Shown here in pieces: positions 1-9,093 of a stretch of 62,077 nt of DNA. Source of the DNA: an uncultured Bacteroidaceae bacterium. GTDB taxonomy: Bacteria; Bacteroidota; Bacteroidia; Bacteroidales; Bacteroidaceae. Both the position numbers and the translations under genes were made by a program. The notes beneath the pieces were generated by a model. It searched no databases and was not told the DNA's origin. It saw only the letters and a program-made list of their open reading frames with translations. The DNA is taken from positions 6,485 to 68,561 of the forward strand of contig CAZYFO010000001.1 in the NCBI GenBank assembly GCA_964646955.1. The letters run 5' to 3'. Positions within the stretch are counted from its first letter, which is position 1, and every line of letters starts with the position of its first letter.

Positions 1-88
1 GACAGGATTTGGGCTTTGAGGCCGACTATTCACTGCAGAGCGGTGTAAAAGAGACCATCAGATGGTATATTGACCATCATTGGCTCTA
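1..88 (+). CDS. C-terminal end of an NAD-dependent epimerase/dehydratase-family enzyme (partial, runs off the window start)
   Basis: Frame 2 is open from the window edge and reads QDLGFEADYSLQSGVKETIRWYIDHHWL, with the stop at 86-88. This is a typical C-terminal tail of sugar-nucleotide epimerases/dehydratases. Confidence 0.5.
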
Positions 89-169
89 AAATGTGTTTTT
101 ACTGAGAATCTATTTCAAAATATTTATTTCTATTATTCGAAAGTTGAAGTTTTATGTACATCCATTTAT

Positions 170-514
170 TTAAATTTTGAGTGAAAGAACAGAAAAGTCT
201 ATGCCAAGTAACTTCATCTTCTTTATAATCACAGGCAGTTCTTCATCGATAAACACCTTACGCATTTTTTCTAATACAATATCTTTGGCATTGTCAGATA
301 CGTAGTAACCTATTCCGCGTTTATTGTAGATGATGCCGTCTGATGTCATTTTTTCGTAACAACGCATTACGGTATTTGGGTTTACCCCAAGTTCCGCCCC
401 TAATTCACGTACCGACTGGATACGCGATTCAGGCATTAGCTCTTCCTTCAGTATGCTTTCACAGATGCTGTCTGCTATTTGCATATAGATGGGCTTATTT
501 TGATTAAATTCCAT
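170..514 (-). CDS. GntR-family (YtrA-like, short) transcriptional regulator
   Basis: 114 aa. The N-terminal winged helix reads PIYMQIADSI...LPSVRELGAELGVNPNTVMRCYEKM..GIIYNKRGIGYYV. It is the last gene of the ABC operon. Confidence 0.85.
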   Translation of the reverse strand: MEFNQNKPIYMQIADSICESILKEELMPESRIQSVRELGAELGVNPNTVMRCYEKMTSDGIIYNKRGIGYYVSDNAKDIVLEKMRKVFIDEELPVIIKKMKLLGIDFSVLSLKI

Positions 515-526
515 AGTTCGCAGGTT

Positions 527-1432
527 TTAATGTTTGATTGTCTTTAACCGGAACCAAATACCGGCTAGTAGGCAGCAATTTGTAATGGAATCTGATATAA
601 GATCAACTCTCATTATTTTTCTTAATAATACTGCTATTTTTTCTAAGTAATTCTCAGTAAGGATACTTGGACTAATATCTCCCTGAACATTTCCCAGATC
701 CAAAATATCCTCTATGTTACTTAAGTAATACGGCAAAAAGAAAAGAGAACTGAAAATCATTGATATAATAAGATAGCATCCAATAGTTTTGGCGATTTTT
801 GACCGTTTGAAGATTAGAGCACCTAGTAAGAAGAATAATACTATTGATAATACATCATCAATGAACATCCAGGGTTTTATTACGTCAAATTTCAAAATGT
901 CAATTTGCGAACCATCTTCTAAAAAGGCTATATTACCATTATTCTTTTTAATGATTTCATCAAAAAGATTGATAGAGAGAATCGGTTCTCCGCAGTGACT
1001 GTCGAACAAGCAGATCAAAGCGTCAATACTCAGATGAATTGTTATGAAAATGATAGGAACTATTATACAACTGATTATCAGCATCGAGATATATTTTTCA
1101 AGTCTGGATGCCGGTAATAGTATAAATGATGTGCCATCCTTTTTGTTCGTAATATAGCCGTAACATTGTTTTGGAGCGGTTATCGATGTAATAGCTAAAA
1201 AAATAAGAAATATAAAAACCCTGGAACCAGCTCCGTTGTAATTTCCGTAAAACCCATTACCCATAAAATCTCCATCCAGAAATATGATTCTTAGGAACTG
1301 TTTAAATAAATACACGAAAAATCCGGAACATGAAAGAATCAATAAGCTAAGCCAATAACGGGTAATGAATGATTTTAAATCAGTAGTTAAATATCTCCCG
1401 AATCTATCTATATTAAAAATGTCGTTCTTCAT
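527..1432 (-). CDS. Multi-pass membrane protein, probable permease partner of the adjacent ABC ATPase
   Basis: 301 aa with several long hydrophobic segments. It lies 12 nt downstream of the ATPase gene and 12 nt upstream of the GntR gene. No recognisable catalytic motif. Confidence 0.55.
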   Translation of the reverse strand: MKNDIFNIDRFGRYLTTDLKSFITRYWLSLLILSCSGFFVYLFKQFLRIIFLDGDFMGNGFYGNYNGAGSRVFIFLIFLAITSITAPKQCYGYITNKKDGTSFILLPASRLEKYISMLIISCIIVPIIFITIHLSIDALICLFDSHCGEPILSINLFDEIIKKNNGNIAFLEDGSQIDILKFDVIKPWMFIDDVLSIVLFFLLGALIFKRSKIAKTIGCYLIISMIFSSLFFLPYYLSNIEDILDLGNVQGDISPSILTENYLEKIAVLLRKIMRVDLISDSITNCCLLAGIWFRLKTIKH

Positions 1433-1444
1433 ATTTTTATTGTT

Positions 1445-2269
1445 TTATTTGAATAAATCCTTGAAAAAGCTCTTGTGAATATGTGCTGTATTGAAAAGAG
1501 CCTCAATGTTAACTTTACTCTCTGCACCTGTCTTGTTTACTGAAACCTGAACACTGCAACCGGGAATCATTTCGCTGTATAATGCATCAGGATTATGTTC
1601 AGATGTATAGTCAAAGAAGAGTTTCTGGGATATCTGATCAATGCTCGCATTCAATAGGACATCATGACGATCCAGAATAATTATAGGATCAATGATGTTT
1701 TCCAGATCACGTACCTGATGAGTGGAAATCAAGATAGTAGAATCGTCAGATGTATAACGAGTTACGGCTTTTCTGAATTGGGCTTTTGAAGGAATATCCA
1801 ATCCATTGGTAGGCTCGTCCATAATTATATATTTGCACTTGCATGCCAAAGCAAAGCTGATATATGTTTTCTTTAGTTGTCCTAAAGACATTCGGTCCAT
1901 GCGCTGATTAGAGTCATTCTCTAGTATTCTCATTATCTCTATAAAAGTGGATAAATCAAAATTATTCCAGAAGCGTCCTCTGTCAGAAGCAAAATCTATT
2001 GCCTTGTAAGGTATGGGTTGAACCTCGTCGGGAAGGTAATATATATTTCCTAAGAATGATGGTTCTCTATCATAAGGTATTTGCCCATCAATCTCGATTT
2101 CTCCATATTGAGGTTTTTTTAAACCGCAAATAAGAGTAAGTAATGTGGTTTTTCCCACTCCGTTTTCGCCCAAAAGGCCATAAATTTTCCCCTCTTCCAA
2201 CTGGAGAGAAATATCTTTCAGTACAGTCTCACTGCCGTAACTGAATTGCAGATTCTTAATGGTTACCAT
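1445..2269 (-). CDS. ABC transporter ATP-binding protein
   Basis: Walker A GENGVGKTT, signature-like MSLGQLKK and Walker B IIMDEPTNGLD. Confidence 0.9.
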   Translation of the reverse strand: MVTIKNLQFSYGSETVLKDISLQLEEGKIYGLLGENGVGKTTLLTLICGLKKPQYGEIEIDGQIPYDREPSFLGNIYYLPDEVQPIPYKAIDFASDRGRFWNNFDLSTFIEIMRILENDSNQRMDRMSLGQLKKTYISFALACKCKYIIMDEPTNGLDIPSKAQFRKAVTRYTSDDSTILISTHQVRDLENIIDPIIILDRHDVLLNASIDQISQKLFFDYTSEHNPDALYSEMIPGCSVQVSVNKTGAESKVNIEALFNTAHIHKSFFKDLFK

Positions 2270-2312
2270 ATTCTAGTTTATTTTATTGGTGCACTACTTT
2301 ACTAATACACCG

Positions 2313-2320
2313 CAAAGATA
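2313..2320 (-). promoter_or_regulatory. Candidate Bacteroidetes -7 box (TATCTTTG on the minus strand) for the ABC/GntR operon
   Basis: Plus-strand caaagata is the reverse complement of TAnnTTTG. It sits about 44 nt upstream of the start at 2269. Confidence 0.35.
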
Positions 2321-2421
2321 TAATGAGTTTTTTATTTACCAAAAAAAAATCGTTTTTTTTATTTTCTCAAAAAAAAATTGTGATAAAGGGTCCGAAGAGG
2401 TTTTTTGATTAGATTTTGAGG

Positions 2422-2429
2422 TATATTTG
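2422..2429 (+). promoter_or_regulatory. Candidate -7 box TATATTTG for rnr
   Basis: Matches TAnnTTTG about 50 nt upstream of the ATG at 2481. Confidence 0.35.
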
Positions 2430-2480
2430 AATATTTGGTGACTCTTTTTCATAACTTCGTAAATCAATAAAATTAATAAT

Positions 2481-4721
2481 ATGGGTAGATCTAACAACAC
2501 CGGTTTGCGCTTAAATAGGAAGAACATTGCCGAAATGGTGATGGATTACTTCAGGGACAATCAAGACAAATTGATTGATTCTAAAGAATTATTTGATCTG
2601 CTGAGGTTAAAGACTCATCCTCTGCGTAGTTTGTGCATTGATGTGGTTACGGATCTTGTAGAAGATGGTTTTCTAAAAGAAGATAAAGGCCGTTTTCAGT
2701 TAGCGGCAAAAAGCAAATTTTTAGATGGCGTACTTCAACGTAGGGTAGGTGGTAAGAACTATTTGGTACCAGAGGAAGGAGTAGATCCGATTTTCGTTGC
2801 TGAAAGAAACACAGCAGGTGCCATGAATGGAGATAAGGTAAAAGTTGTTCTTTACGCTCGTCGTCCTCGTACTGAGGCTGAAGGAGAGGTTGTGGAGATA
2901 CTTCAACGAGGAAAAGATTCGTATGTAGGTACACTTCAGGTTAAGAACAAATGTGCATATCTAGTAACGAGCAACCGTTCTGATAAGGATATTTTTATTC
3001 CCCTAAATCAACTGAAGAAGGGACGTGACGGCGATAAAGCTCTTGTAAAAATCACCATGTGGCCTGATACCCCAGATAGAAACCCTGTTGGAAAGGTTAT
3101 TGATATATTAGGTGCAGCCGGTGAGAATAATACAGAGATGCATGCAATTTTGGCGGAGTTCGGTTTACCTTACAGCTATCCCGAGGAATTGGAAGCAGCT
3201 GCAAATGCCATTTCAGACAAGATTCCGGAAGAGGAGATAAATCTTCGTGAAGATTTTAGAAAGGTAATTACATTTACTATAGACCCTAAGGATGCAAAGG
3301 ATTTTGACGATGCCATATCAATACGCCCGATTAAGAAAGGACTTTGGGAAGTTGGTGTACATATAGCAGACGTCAGCTATTATGTTACGGAGGGAGGACT
3401 AATTGACAAGGAGGCATTTAAAAGAGCTACTTCCATATATCTGGTAGATAGAACAATACCGATGCTGCCGGAAAAACTGTGTAACGATTTATGCTCACTG
3501 CGCCAAGATGAGGATAAGTTGGCATATTCCGTGATTTTTGAGATGACAGATACAGCCATTGTGAAGAATTATAGAATAGCCCGAACCGTGATACGCAGTA
3601 ATCGCCGTTATGCATATGAAGAGGTTCAAGCTATCATAGAACGTGAACAACAGGGTGGACATGATAAACTGCCCGGAGATGAATATATAAGTGAGATTAT
3701 GACTCTTGACGGATTTGCAAAGACCTTGAGGGAAAAACGTTTTGCAGATGGAGCTCTAAGTTTCGACCGTATTGAGGTTCGTTTTGATATTGACGAGAAA
3801 GGGCGTCCGATTAGTGTCTATTTCAAGGAATCCAAGGACGCAAATAAGTTGGTTGAGGAGTTTATGCTTTTGGCTAACCGAACTATCGCTGAGTCTGTTG
3901 GCAAGGTTGGTGGTCGTGTTCCAAAGGTATTTGTGTATCGTGTTCACGATGTTCCGGACCCTGATAGGATGTCCAATTTGGAGCAGTTTGTTGCAAAGTT
4001 CGGTTATAGGGTCAAGACAACCGGAAAGCCTATTGATATGGCAAAGTCCATGAATAAGTTGCTTAATGATGTTCGTGGGAAAAAAGAACAGAATGTTATT
4101 GAGACGATCTCAATCAGGTCTATGCAGAAGGCCATATATACTACAGACAATATAGGGCACTATGGTTTGGCTTTTGATTATTACACTCATTTTACATCTC
4201 CAATCAGAAGATATCCGGACTTAATGGTTCATCGATTATTGACTCGTTACATTGGTGGAGGTCGTACTGTCATGCAGGCAAAGTATGAGGAACTCTGTGA
4301 ACATTGTTCGAATATGGAGCAGTTGGCTGAATCTGCAGAGCGTTCCAGCATTAAATATAAACAGGTTGAATATATGTCCGAGCGTATGAATCAGACCTTC
4401 GATGCTGTAATAAGTGGTGTGACAGAGTGGGGAATATATGCCGAGATTATTGAGAACAAATGTGAGGGAATGATACCAATCCGTAGTCTGGGTGGTGACT
4501 ACTATGAGTTTGATGAGAAGAATTATTGTCTGATAGGGCAGAAGACTCATAAGCGCTATCGTCTGGGTGATCCGGTTAAAATTCAAGTTGTAAATTGTAA
4601 TCTTGAACGCAGGCAGATGGATTATGAATTGGTTGATTCGAACAACCCCCATGTCTCACCGTTGGAAGAGCCCAAAAAGAGCAATTTCACTAACGGAAAG
4701 AATAAGAAAAAAAGGAGATAG
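2481..4721 (+). CDS. rnr: Ribonuclease R (RNB-family 3'-5' exoribonuclease)
   Basis: 746 aa. RNB motif TIDPKDAKDFDDAIS, a C-terminal S1-like domain (VISGVTEWGIYAEI) and a lysine-rich tail. Confidence 0.92.
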   Translation: MGRSNNTGLRLNRKNIAEMVMDYFRDNQDKLIDSKELFDLLRLKTHPLRSLCIDVVTDLVEDGFLKEDKGRFQLAAKSKFLDGVLQRRVGGKNYLVPEEGVDPIFVAERNTAGAMNGDKVKVVLYARRPRTEAEGEVVEILQRGKDSYVGTLQVKNKCAYLVTSNRSDKDIFIPLNQLKKGRDGDKALVKITMWPDTPDRNPVGKVIDILGAAGENNTEMHAILAEFGLPYSYPEELEAAANAISDKIPEEEINLREDFRKVITFTIDPKDAKDFDDAISIRPIKKGLWEVGVHIADVSYYVTEGGLIDKEAFKRATSIYLVDRTIPMLPEKLCNDLCSLRQDEDKLAYSVIFEMTDTAIVKNYRIARTVIRSNRRYAYEEVQAIIEREQQGGHDKLPGDEYISEIMTLDGFAKTLREKRFADGALSFDRIEVRFDIDEKGRPISVYFKESKDANKLVEEFMLLANRTIAESVGKVGGRVPKVFVYRVHDVPDPDRMSNLEQFVAKFGYRVKTTGKPIDMAKSMNKLLNDVRGKKEQNVIETISIRSMQKAIYTTDNIGHYGLAFDYYTHFTSPIRRYPDLMVHRLLTRYIGGGRTVMQAKYEELCEHCSNMEQLAESAERSSIKYKQVEYMSERMNQTFDAVISGVTEWGIYAEIIENKCEGMIPIRSLGGDYYEFDEKNYCLIGQKTHKRYRLGDPVKIQVVNCNLERRQMDYELVDSNNPHVSPLEEPKKSNFTNGKNKKKRR

Positions 4722-4735
4722 AATTTCTTCCTATA

Positions 4736-4774
4736 AAACAAGAACGTGTACCTACTAAGTACGCGTTCTTGTTT
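4736..4774. terminator. Hairpin between convergent rnr and phoR (bidirectional terminator candidate)
   Basis: aaacaagaacgtgtac / gtacgcgttcttgttt forms a 16-bp stem with one G-T pair and a 7-nt loop. The T-run (ttttat) follows on the minus-strand reading. Confidence 0.65.
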
Positions 4775-4795
4775 AATGAAGTATTGAAATGTTGT

Positions 4796-6067
4796 CTATT
4801 CTTCCGGCTCTTTTCGAAGTGTGAACTTGAAACAGAGTCCTCCGGTAAGAATATTTTCGGCTGTTATATCTCCTCCATGATGTAATACGGAGTGTCTTAC
4901 TATAGCCAGCCCCAGTCCGCTACCCCCGTCTTCACGACTGCGGCCGATGCTATTGGCTCTGTAGAAACGTTCAAACAGATGCGGTAAGTCATTAGCTCTA
5001 ACTCCAACTCCATTGTCAGAAACCGTGAAATGATAAAAAGAATCTTTTTCACCGTCATATCTTATGGTGAGTGTGGTCCATTTTCCGGAGTATTTTATTG
5101 AATTCTCAATCAGGTTCTTGAATAGGGAATAACAGAGGGTGTGGCTCCCTTTAATCACAAGATCCTCTGGGATATTCATCTTGATACGTATGGAGTTATT
5201 GTTGATGCTGGAGTCGAAGCTTTCCAGAATCTGTTTTACCAGATCATGGAGATTGAAGGCTTCATTCTCGAATACAGTGTTGGATTCCTCAATCTTACTC
5301 AAAAGTGAAACATCTCTAAGAAGTTCGGAGAGCCGAACGGCTGCAGTGTGGGTACGTTCTATGAAAAGCTGTTTCTGTTCATCAGAAAGGTCAGGCTCCA
5401 TGAGTGTCTCTGTATATGCTCTGATTGAACTGACGGGAGTCCTTAGCTCGTGGGATATGGCACTCGTCATTTCCGCCTTCATAGTGGCTTTTGCTTTTTG
5501 CTCCTCAATGATATTCCTTTTAAGATGTTCTATATCAAGTCCAAAACGTCTTGCAATTCTCCATAGAAAGAATAAGGAAAGCAGGAATAACCCTATAGAT
5601 AGAATAACAGAATTTTTGTTAGAGCGCAACAAGGATTTTGTGTAATCATCATAAGGCAAGGCGACACGTATATATTTATTGTCAATGTGAATGGCATAAT
5701 ATAAAAGAACCCGTTGTAATGATTCGGAGAAACGTATACTAGAACCACTTTCGAATTTTTTGGCTTCAATTATTTCCGGCCTTGAGAAGTGGTTCTCCTT
5801 CGATTTCGCATTATGGATTTTATTGTCGTAAAGAACTTTTCCACTTTCATCGATAATTGTAATTCTGAGGTTCTCTGGGAAAAGAGGACTTACACTATCA
5901 CGAACTGCAACTCTTGCATAAAGGTCCAGTCTCTCTTCGACTAACAGTTTTGTATATGTCTGTTCTCTTCTCTGATGATAAATCACAACAATCGTAGTGA
6001 AGGCTGCGAAAACCATAAAGAAGTAGAAAAAAAGTTTGCCCTTATATGAAATATTCGTTTTCATCAA
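4796..6067 (-). CDS. phoR: Sensor histidine kinase, PhoR-like
   Basis: 423 aa. Two N-terminal TM segments, H-box SHELRTPVSSI and a G-box GGSGLGLAIV. It overlaps phoB by 4 nt (ATGA) and lies next to pst-phoU. Confidence 0.8.
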   Translation of the reverse strand: MMKTNISYKGKLFFYFFMVFAAFTTIVVIYHQRREQTYTKLLVEERLDLYARVAVRDSVSPLFPENLRITIIDESGKVLYDNKIHNAKSKENHFSRPEIIEAKKFESGSSIRFSESLQRVLLYYAIHIDNKYIRVALPYDDYTKSLLRSNKNSVILSIGLFLLSLFFLWRIARRFGLDIEHLKRNIIEEQKAKATMKAEMTSAISHELRTPVSSIRAYTETLMEPDLSDEQKQLFIERTHTAAVRLSELLRDVSLLSKIEESNTVFENEAFNLHDLVKQILESFDSSINNNSIRIKMNIPEDLVIKGSHTLCYSLFKNLIENSIKYSGKWTTLTIRYDGEKDSFYHFTVSDNGVGVRANDLPHLFERFYRANSIGRSREDGGSGLGLAIVRHSVLHHGGDITAENILTGGLCFKFTLRKEPEE

Positions 6068-6735
6068 TTTTCAATGCAATAACCGTAACCGCTACGATTT
6101 ACAATCAGATCTCCTGCAGAATTGATTTTCTTTCTCAGTCTGGCTATGTGCACATCAACGGTGCGCTCTACAACACAGGAGTCATCGGGCCAGACTTTCA
6201 TAAGAAGTTCTTCTCTGGAGAATACATGCCCTATCTTTTGCAAAAAGAGAGACAAAATGGAAAATTCGGTTTTTGTGAGCTTAATATTCTCTCCATCGAC
6301 AGATACATTTTTCGTATCAAGGTCAAGAATAATATTTTTAAATTTGATTGCCGAACTGTGTGTTGAGGCTCTTGAAAGAACGGCCTTGATGCGAGCCTGG
6401 ACCTCTTTAATTGAGAAAGGTTTTGAGATATAGTCATCAGCACCCACGGAAAATCCCTTCAAAAGATCCGCTTCGGTATCAAGGGCAGTAAGGAATATAA
6501 TTGGAATATCATATCCTTTTTCACGTATCTTTTTAGCAGTTTCAAATCCATTAATACCATTCATCATCACATCAAGTAGTATTAAGGAGAAATGATTGCC
6601 TGACTCTTCCAAAATGTCAAGAGCCTCAATTCCGGAAGAAGCAGTCTTTACGGTATATCCGTTTTTTTGCAGGTTGAAAGCTAAAATATCCAGCAAATCA
6701 ATCTCATCGTCAACTATCAGAATACTGTCATTCAT
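6064..6735 (-). CDS. phoB: OmpR/PhoB-family response regulator
   Basis: 223 aa. Receiver domain (ILIVDDE...LILLDVMM) plus a winged-helix C-terminus (RTVDVHIARLRKKI). Confidence 0.85.
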   Translation of the reverse strand: MNDSILIVDDEIDLLDILAFNLQKNGYTVKTASSGIEALDILEESGNHFSLILLDVMMNGINGFETAKKIREKGYDIPIIFLTALDTEADLLKGFSVGADDYISKPFSIKEVQARIKAVLSRASTHSSAIKFKNIILDLDTKNVSVDGENIKLTKTEFSILSLFLQKIGHVFSREELLMKVWPDDSCVVERTVDVHIARLRKKINSAGDLIVNRSGYGYCIEN

Positions 6736-6757
6736 TTTTTCTGCTGATAAATGTCTA

Positions 6758-6765
6758 CAAATATA
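6758..6765 (-). promoter_or_regulatory. Candidate internal -7 box (TATATTTG, minus strand) for phoBR
   Basis: Plus-strand caaatata, 23 nt upstream of the phoB start, inside the 63-nt phoU-phoB gap. Confidence 0.35.
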
Positions 6766-6798
6766 GCTATGTTATGAAGTAAATGATGTAATTCAATA

Positions 6799-7479
6799 TT
6801 ACATTTTATCAAGGAATGATTTTTTGCCGTGACGTACATCTCTTGCTTCAATGAAGAAAATAATATCTTCAACAATATTACTTGTACGGTCTCCCATACG
6901 TTCAATCCTTTTTATGACGGTGTACAAATATAGTGCAAATTCCGTCTTTTCATTGTTCTCTTGTATAAAAGAACTCAATACATGGAAGGACTTCGCATTG
7001 ATTTCATCCAGAATATTGTCCATCTCAAGAACCTCATTACATCTTGAGGTGTTTTCTTCAATAAGGGAGTCTCTTGTCATAGCTAACATCTTGGATGCGG
7101 TCTGCATCATTTTTTCTAATTGCAGATCTTCAAAAAGTTTTGAAGGAATGGGTTCTTTGAACTTATCTTTCACGCAGATGGAAATATTCTCCGCAAAGTC
7201 TGCAATACGTTCCAGATTGTTTGTGATCTTCATTAGCGACAATATAAACCTTACGTCTACTGCCACGGGAGAAAAAAGAGTAATGAAATCTGCGGATTCA
7301 CGATCTAACATCAGCTCGTGAGTATTTACAAAAGGTTCCACGGTAATTACCTCGTGCGCCTTGAGTTTATCTCCGGTACGTAAGGCAATGAATGATTTCT
7401 CAACTTGAGATTGGACTATGTTCCACATCTCAATATGATTGCTCTTCAGAGCTTTCAGTTCTTTAATTGTCTGTATCAT
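6799..7479 (-). CDS. phoU: Phosphate signalling complex protein PhoU
   Basis: 226 aa with two PhoU-type helical repeats (ERIADFAENI / ERMGDRTSNI). It lies immediately downstream of pstB. Confidence 0.9.
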   Translation of the reverse strand: MIQTIKELKALKSNHIEMWNIVQSQVEKSFIALRTGDKLKAHEVITVEPFVNTHELMLDRESADFITLFSPVAVDVRFILSLMKITNNLERIADFAENISICVKDKFKEPIPSKLFEDLQLEKMMQTASKMLAMTRDSLIEENTSRCNEVLEMDNILDEINAKSFHVLSSFIQENNEKTEFALYLYTVIKRIERMGDRTSNIVEDIIFFIEARDVRHGKKSFLDKM

Positions 7480-7480
7480 A

Positions 7481-8233
7481 CTATCCGAATCTACCTGTTA
7501 TGTAATTTTGTGTTGCCTCTTTCGACGGATTGAGGAACATTTTTTTAGTAGCGTCGAACTCAATCAGTTCGCCCAAATAGAAGAATGCGGTTTTGTCAGA
7601 AATTCTGGCAGCCTGTTGCATGTTATGTGTTACAATGACTATTGTAAAATTCTCTTTTAATGATACTATCAAGTCTTCAATCTTTGATGTCGATAAAGGG
7701 TCCAATGCTGAAGCAGGTTCATCCATTAGTATGATCTTCGGTTTGATAGCCAATGCTCTTGCAATACATAGTCTCTGTTGTTGCCCTCCGGATAAATTGA
7801 AAGCTGATTGTTTAAGTTTATCTTTTACCTCTTCCCATAAAGCGGCCCCTTTAAGTGAGGATTCTACGTTTTCACTAATTAATTCATTATCTTTCTCTCC
7901 TGCAATACGCAGTCCGTATGCCACATTCTCATATATAGACTTCGGGAAAGGATTGGGCTTCTGAAAAACCATTCCTACCTTTGCTCTAAGGGCATCTACG
8001 TTTACAGACTTATCATAAATATTCTCACCTTCTATGAGAATGGTTCCTGTGAGATGAGTATTGGGAATCAGATCGTTCATTCTGTTAAGCAACCTAAGGA
8101 ATGTGGATTTTCCACATCCGGAGGGTCCGATAAGGGCTGTTACCGTATTGGGGTCGATATCAATAGATATATCTTTTAATGCATGGAAATTGCCGTAGTC
8201 AAAGTTGACGTTTTTAGCTTGAATTATACTCAT
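7481..8233 (-). CDS. pstB: Phosphate ABC transporter ATP-binding protein
   Basis: Walker [10 protein letters not shown], signature LSGGQQQRL, Walker [13 protein letters not shown], and a C-terminus typical of PstB. Confidence 0.95.
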   Translation of the reverse strand: MSIIQAKNVNFDYGNFHALKDISIDIDPNTVTALIGPSGCGKSTFLRLLNRMNDLIPNTHLTGTILIEGENIYDKSVNVDALRAKVGMVFQKPNPFPKSIYENVAYGLRIAGEKDNELISENVESSLKGAALWEEVKDKLKQSAFNLSGGQQQRLCIARALAIKPKIILMDEPASALDPLSTSKIEDLIVSLKENFTIVIVTHNMQQAARISDKTAFFYLGELIEFDATKKMFLNPSKEATQNYITGRFG

Positions 8234-8235
8234 TG

Positions 8236-9090
8236 TTATGATAATTTCTTTTGAAAATGATTTCTTAACAGATTTGCTGTCAGGTTAATTATAAGTACAA
8301 TTATAATCAAAACCAAAGCTGTTCCGTATGCCATAGGTCTGGCAGCTTCTATGTCCGTTCCGCTGGTTGTCAATACATATAAATGATAAGGTAAGGCCAT
8401 GACCTGATCGAATATGGAGCTGGGCAGTTTTGGCAGAAAATAAGCTGCAGCGGTAAATAGAATAGGAGCAGTTTCTCCGGAGACTCTTCCGACTGCAATA
8501 ATCAGTCCGGTTACTATGTTTGGCATTGCCATTGGGAGGGTTATTCTTCCGACAGTTTGTATCTTGGTTGCTCCTAATGCTCTGCTTCCGTCTCTATAAC
8601 TATCCGGAATGGCTTTCAGTGCTTCTTCTGTAGTTCTTATTACGACCGGCAGTACGAGAAGTCCTAATGTAAGTGAGCCGGCAATTATACTATCTCCAAA
8701 ACCAAGTGTATTTACAAAAAGAGCCATTCCGAAGAGGCCGAAAACAATGGAAGGAATACTTGAAAGATTGTTAGTCATTATACGTATAAATTTTGTTATC
8801 CAATTGTCTTTTGCGTACTCGTTGATGTATATGCCGGATGCTACACCGATTGGAAATGCAATTATTATTGAGCCGGCAACCAAACAAAGTGTACCTACAA
8901 TAGCCGGTAATATACCTCCTTCCGTCATCCCTTCTGTAGGAAAGCTCGTCAAGAAATCCCATGAGATGACTTTGCTACCTTGAATTATAAGAAATAAAAG
9001 AATCCACACCAATACTCCGACAATTATCAGCGTCATCAGTCTGAAGATCCAGAACACGATGTCTTGTTTCAATCTGTTTGTATTCTTCAT
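8236..9090 (-). CDS. pstA: Phosphate ABC transporter permease PstA
   Basis: 284 aa multi-pass permease with an EAA-like loop ([22 protein letters not shown]). Confidence 0.9.
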   Translation of the reverse strand: MKNTNRLKQDIVFWIFRLMTLIIVGVLVWILLFLIIQGSKVISWDFLTSFPTEGMTEGGILPAIVGTLCLVAGSIIIAFPIGVASGIYINEYAKDNWITKFIRIMTNNLSSIPSIVFGLFGMALFVNTLGFGDSIIAGSLTLGLLVLPVVIRTTEEALKAIPDSYRDGSRALGATKIQTVGRITLPMAMPNIVTGLIIAVGRVSGETAPILFTAAAYFLPKLPSSIFDQVMALPYHLYVLTTSGTDIEAARPMAYGTALVLIIIVLIINLTANLLRNHFQKKLS

Positions 9091-9093
9091 CTG

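Noticed and set aside
2336-2527. 63-aa ORF on the minus strand in the rnr upstream region
   Set aside because: It is made largely of homopolymer-derived Phe/Lys/Leu runs, overlaps the rnr start, and lies in a divergent promoter region. It is very unlikely to be coding.
5139-5645. Long antisense ORFs inside well-supported genes (for example 5139..5645, 8609..8983, 27380..27958, 29836..30261, 32908..33273, 55817..56191, 60313..60708)
   Set aside because: Each lies entirely within, and opposite to, a gene with strong family motifs. Their translations are low-complexity with no recognisable domains. They are typical shadow ORFs.
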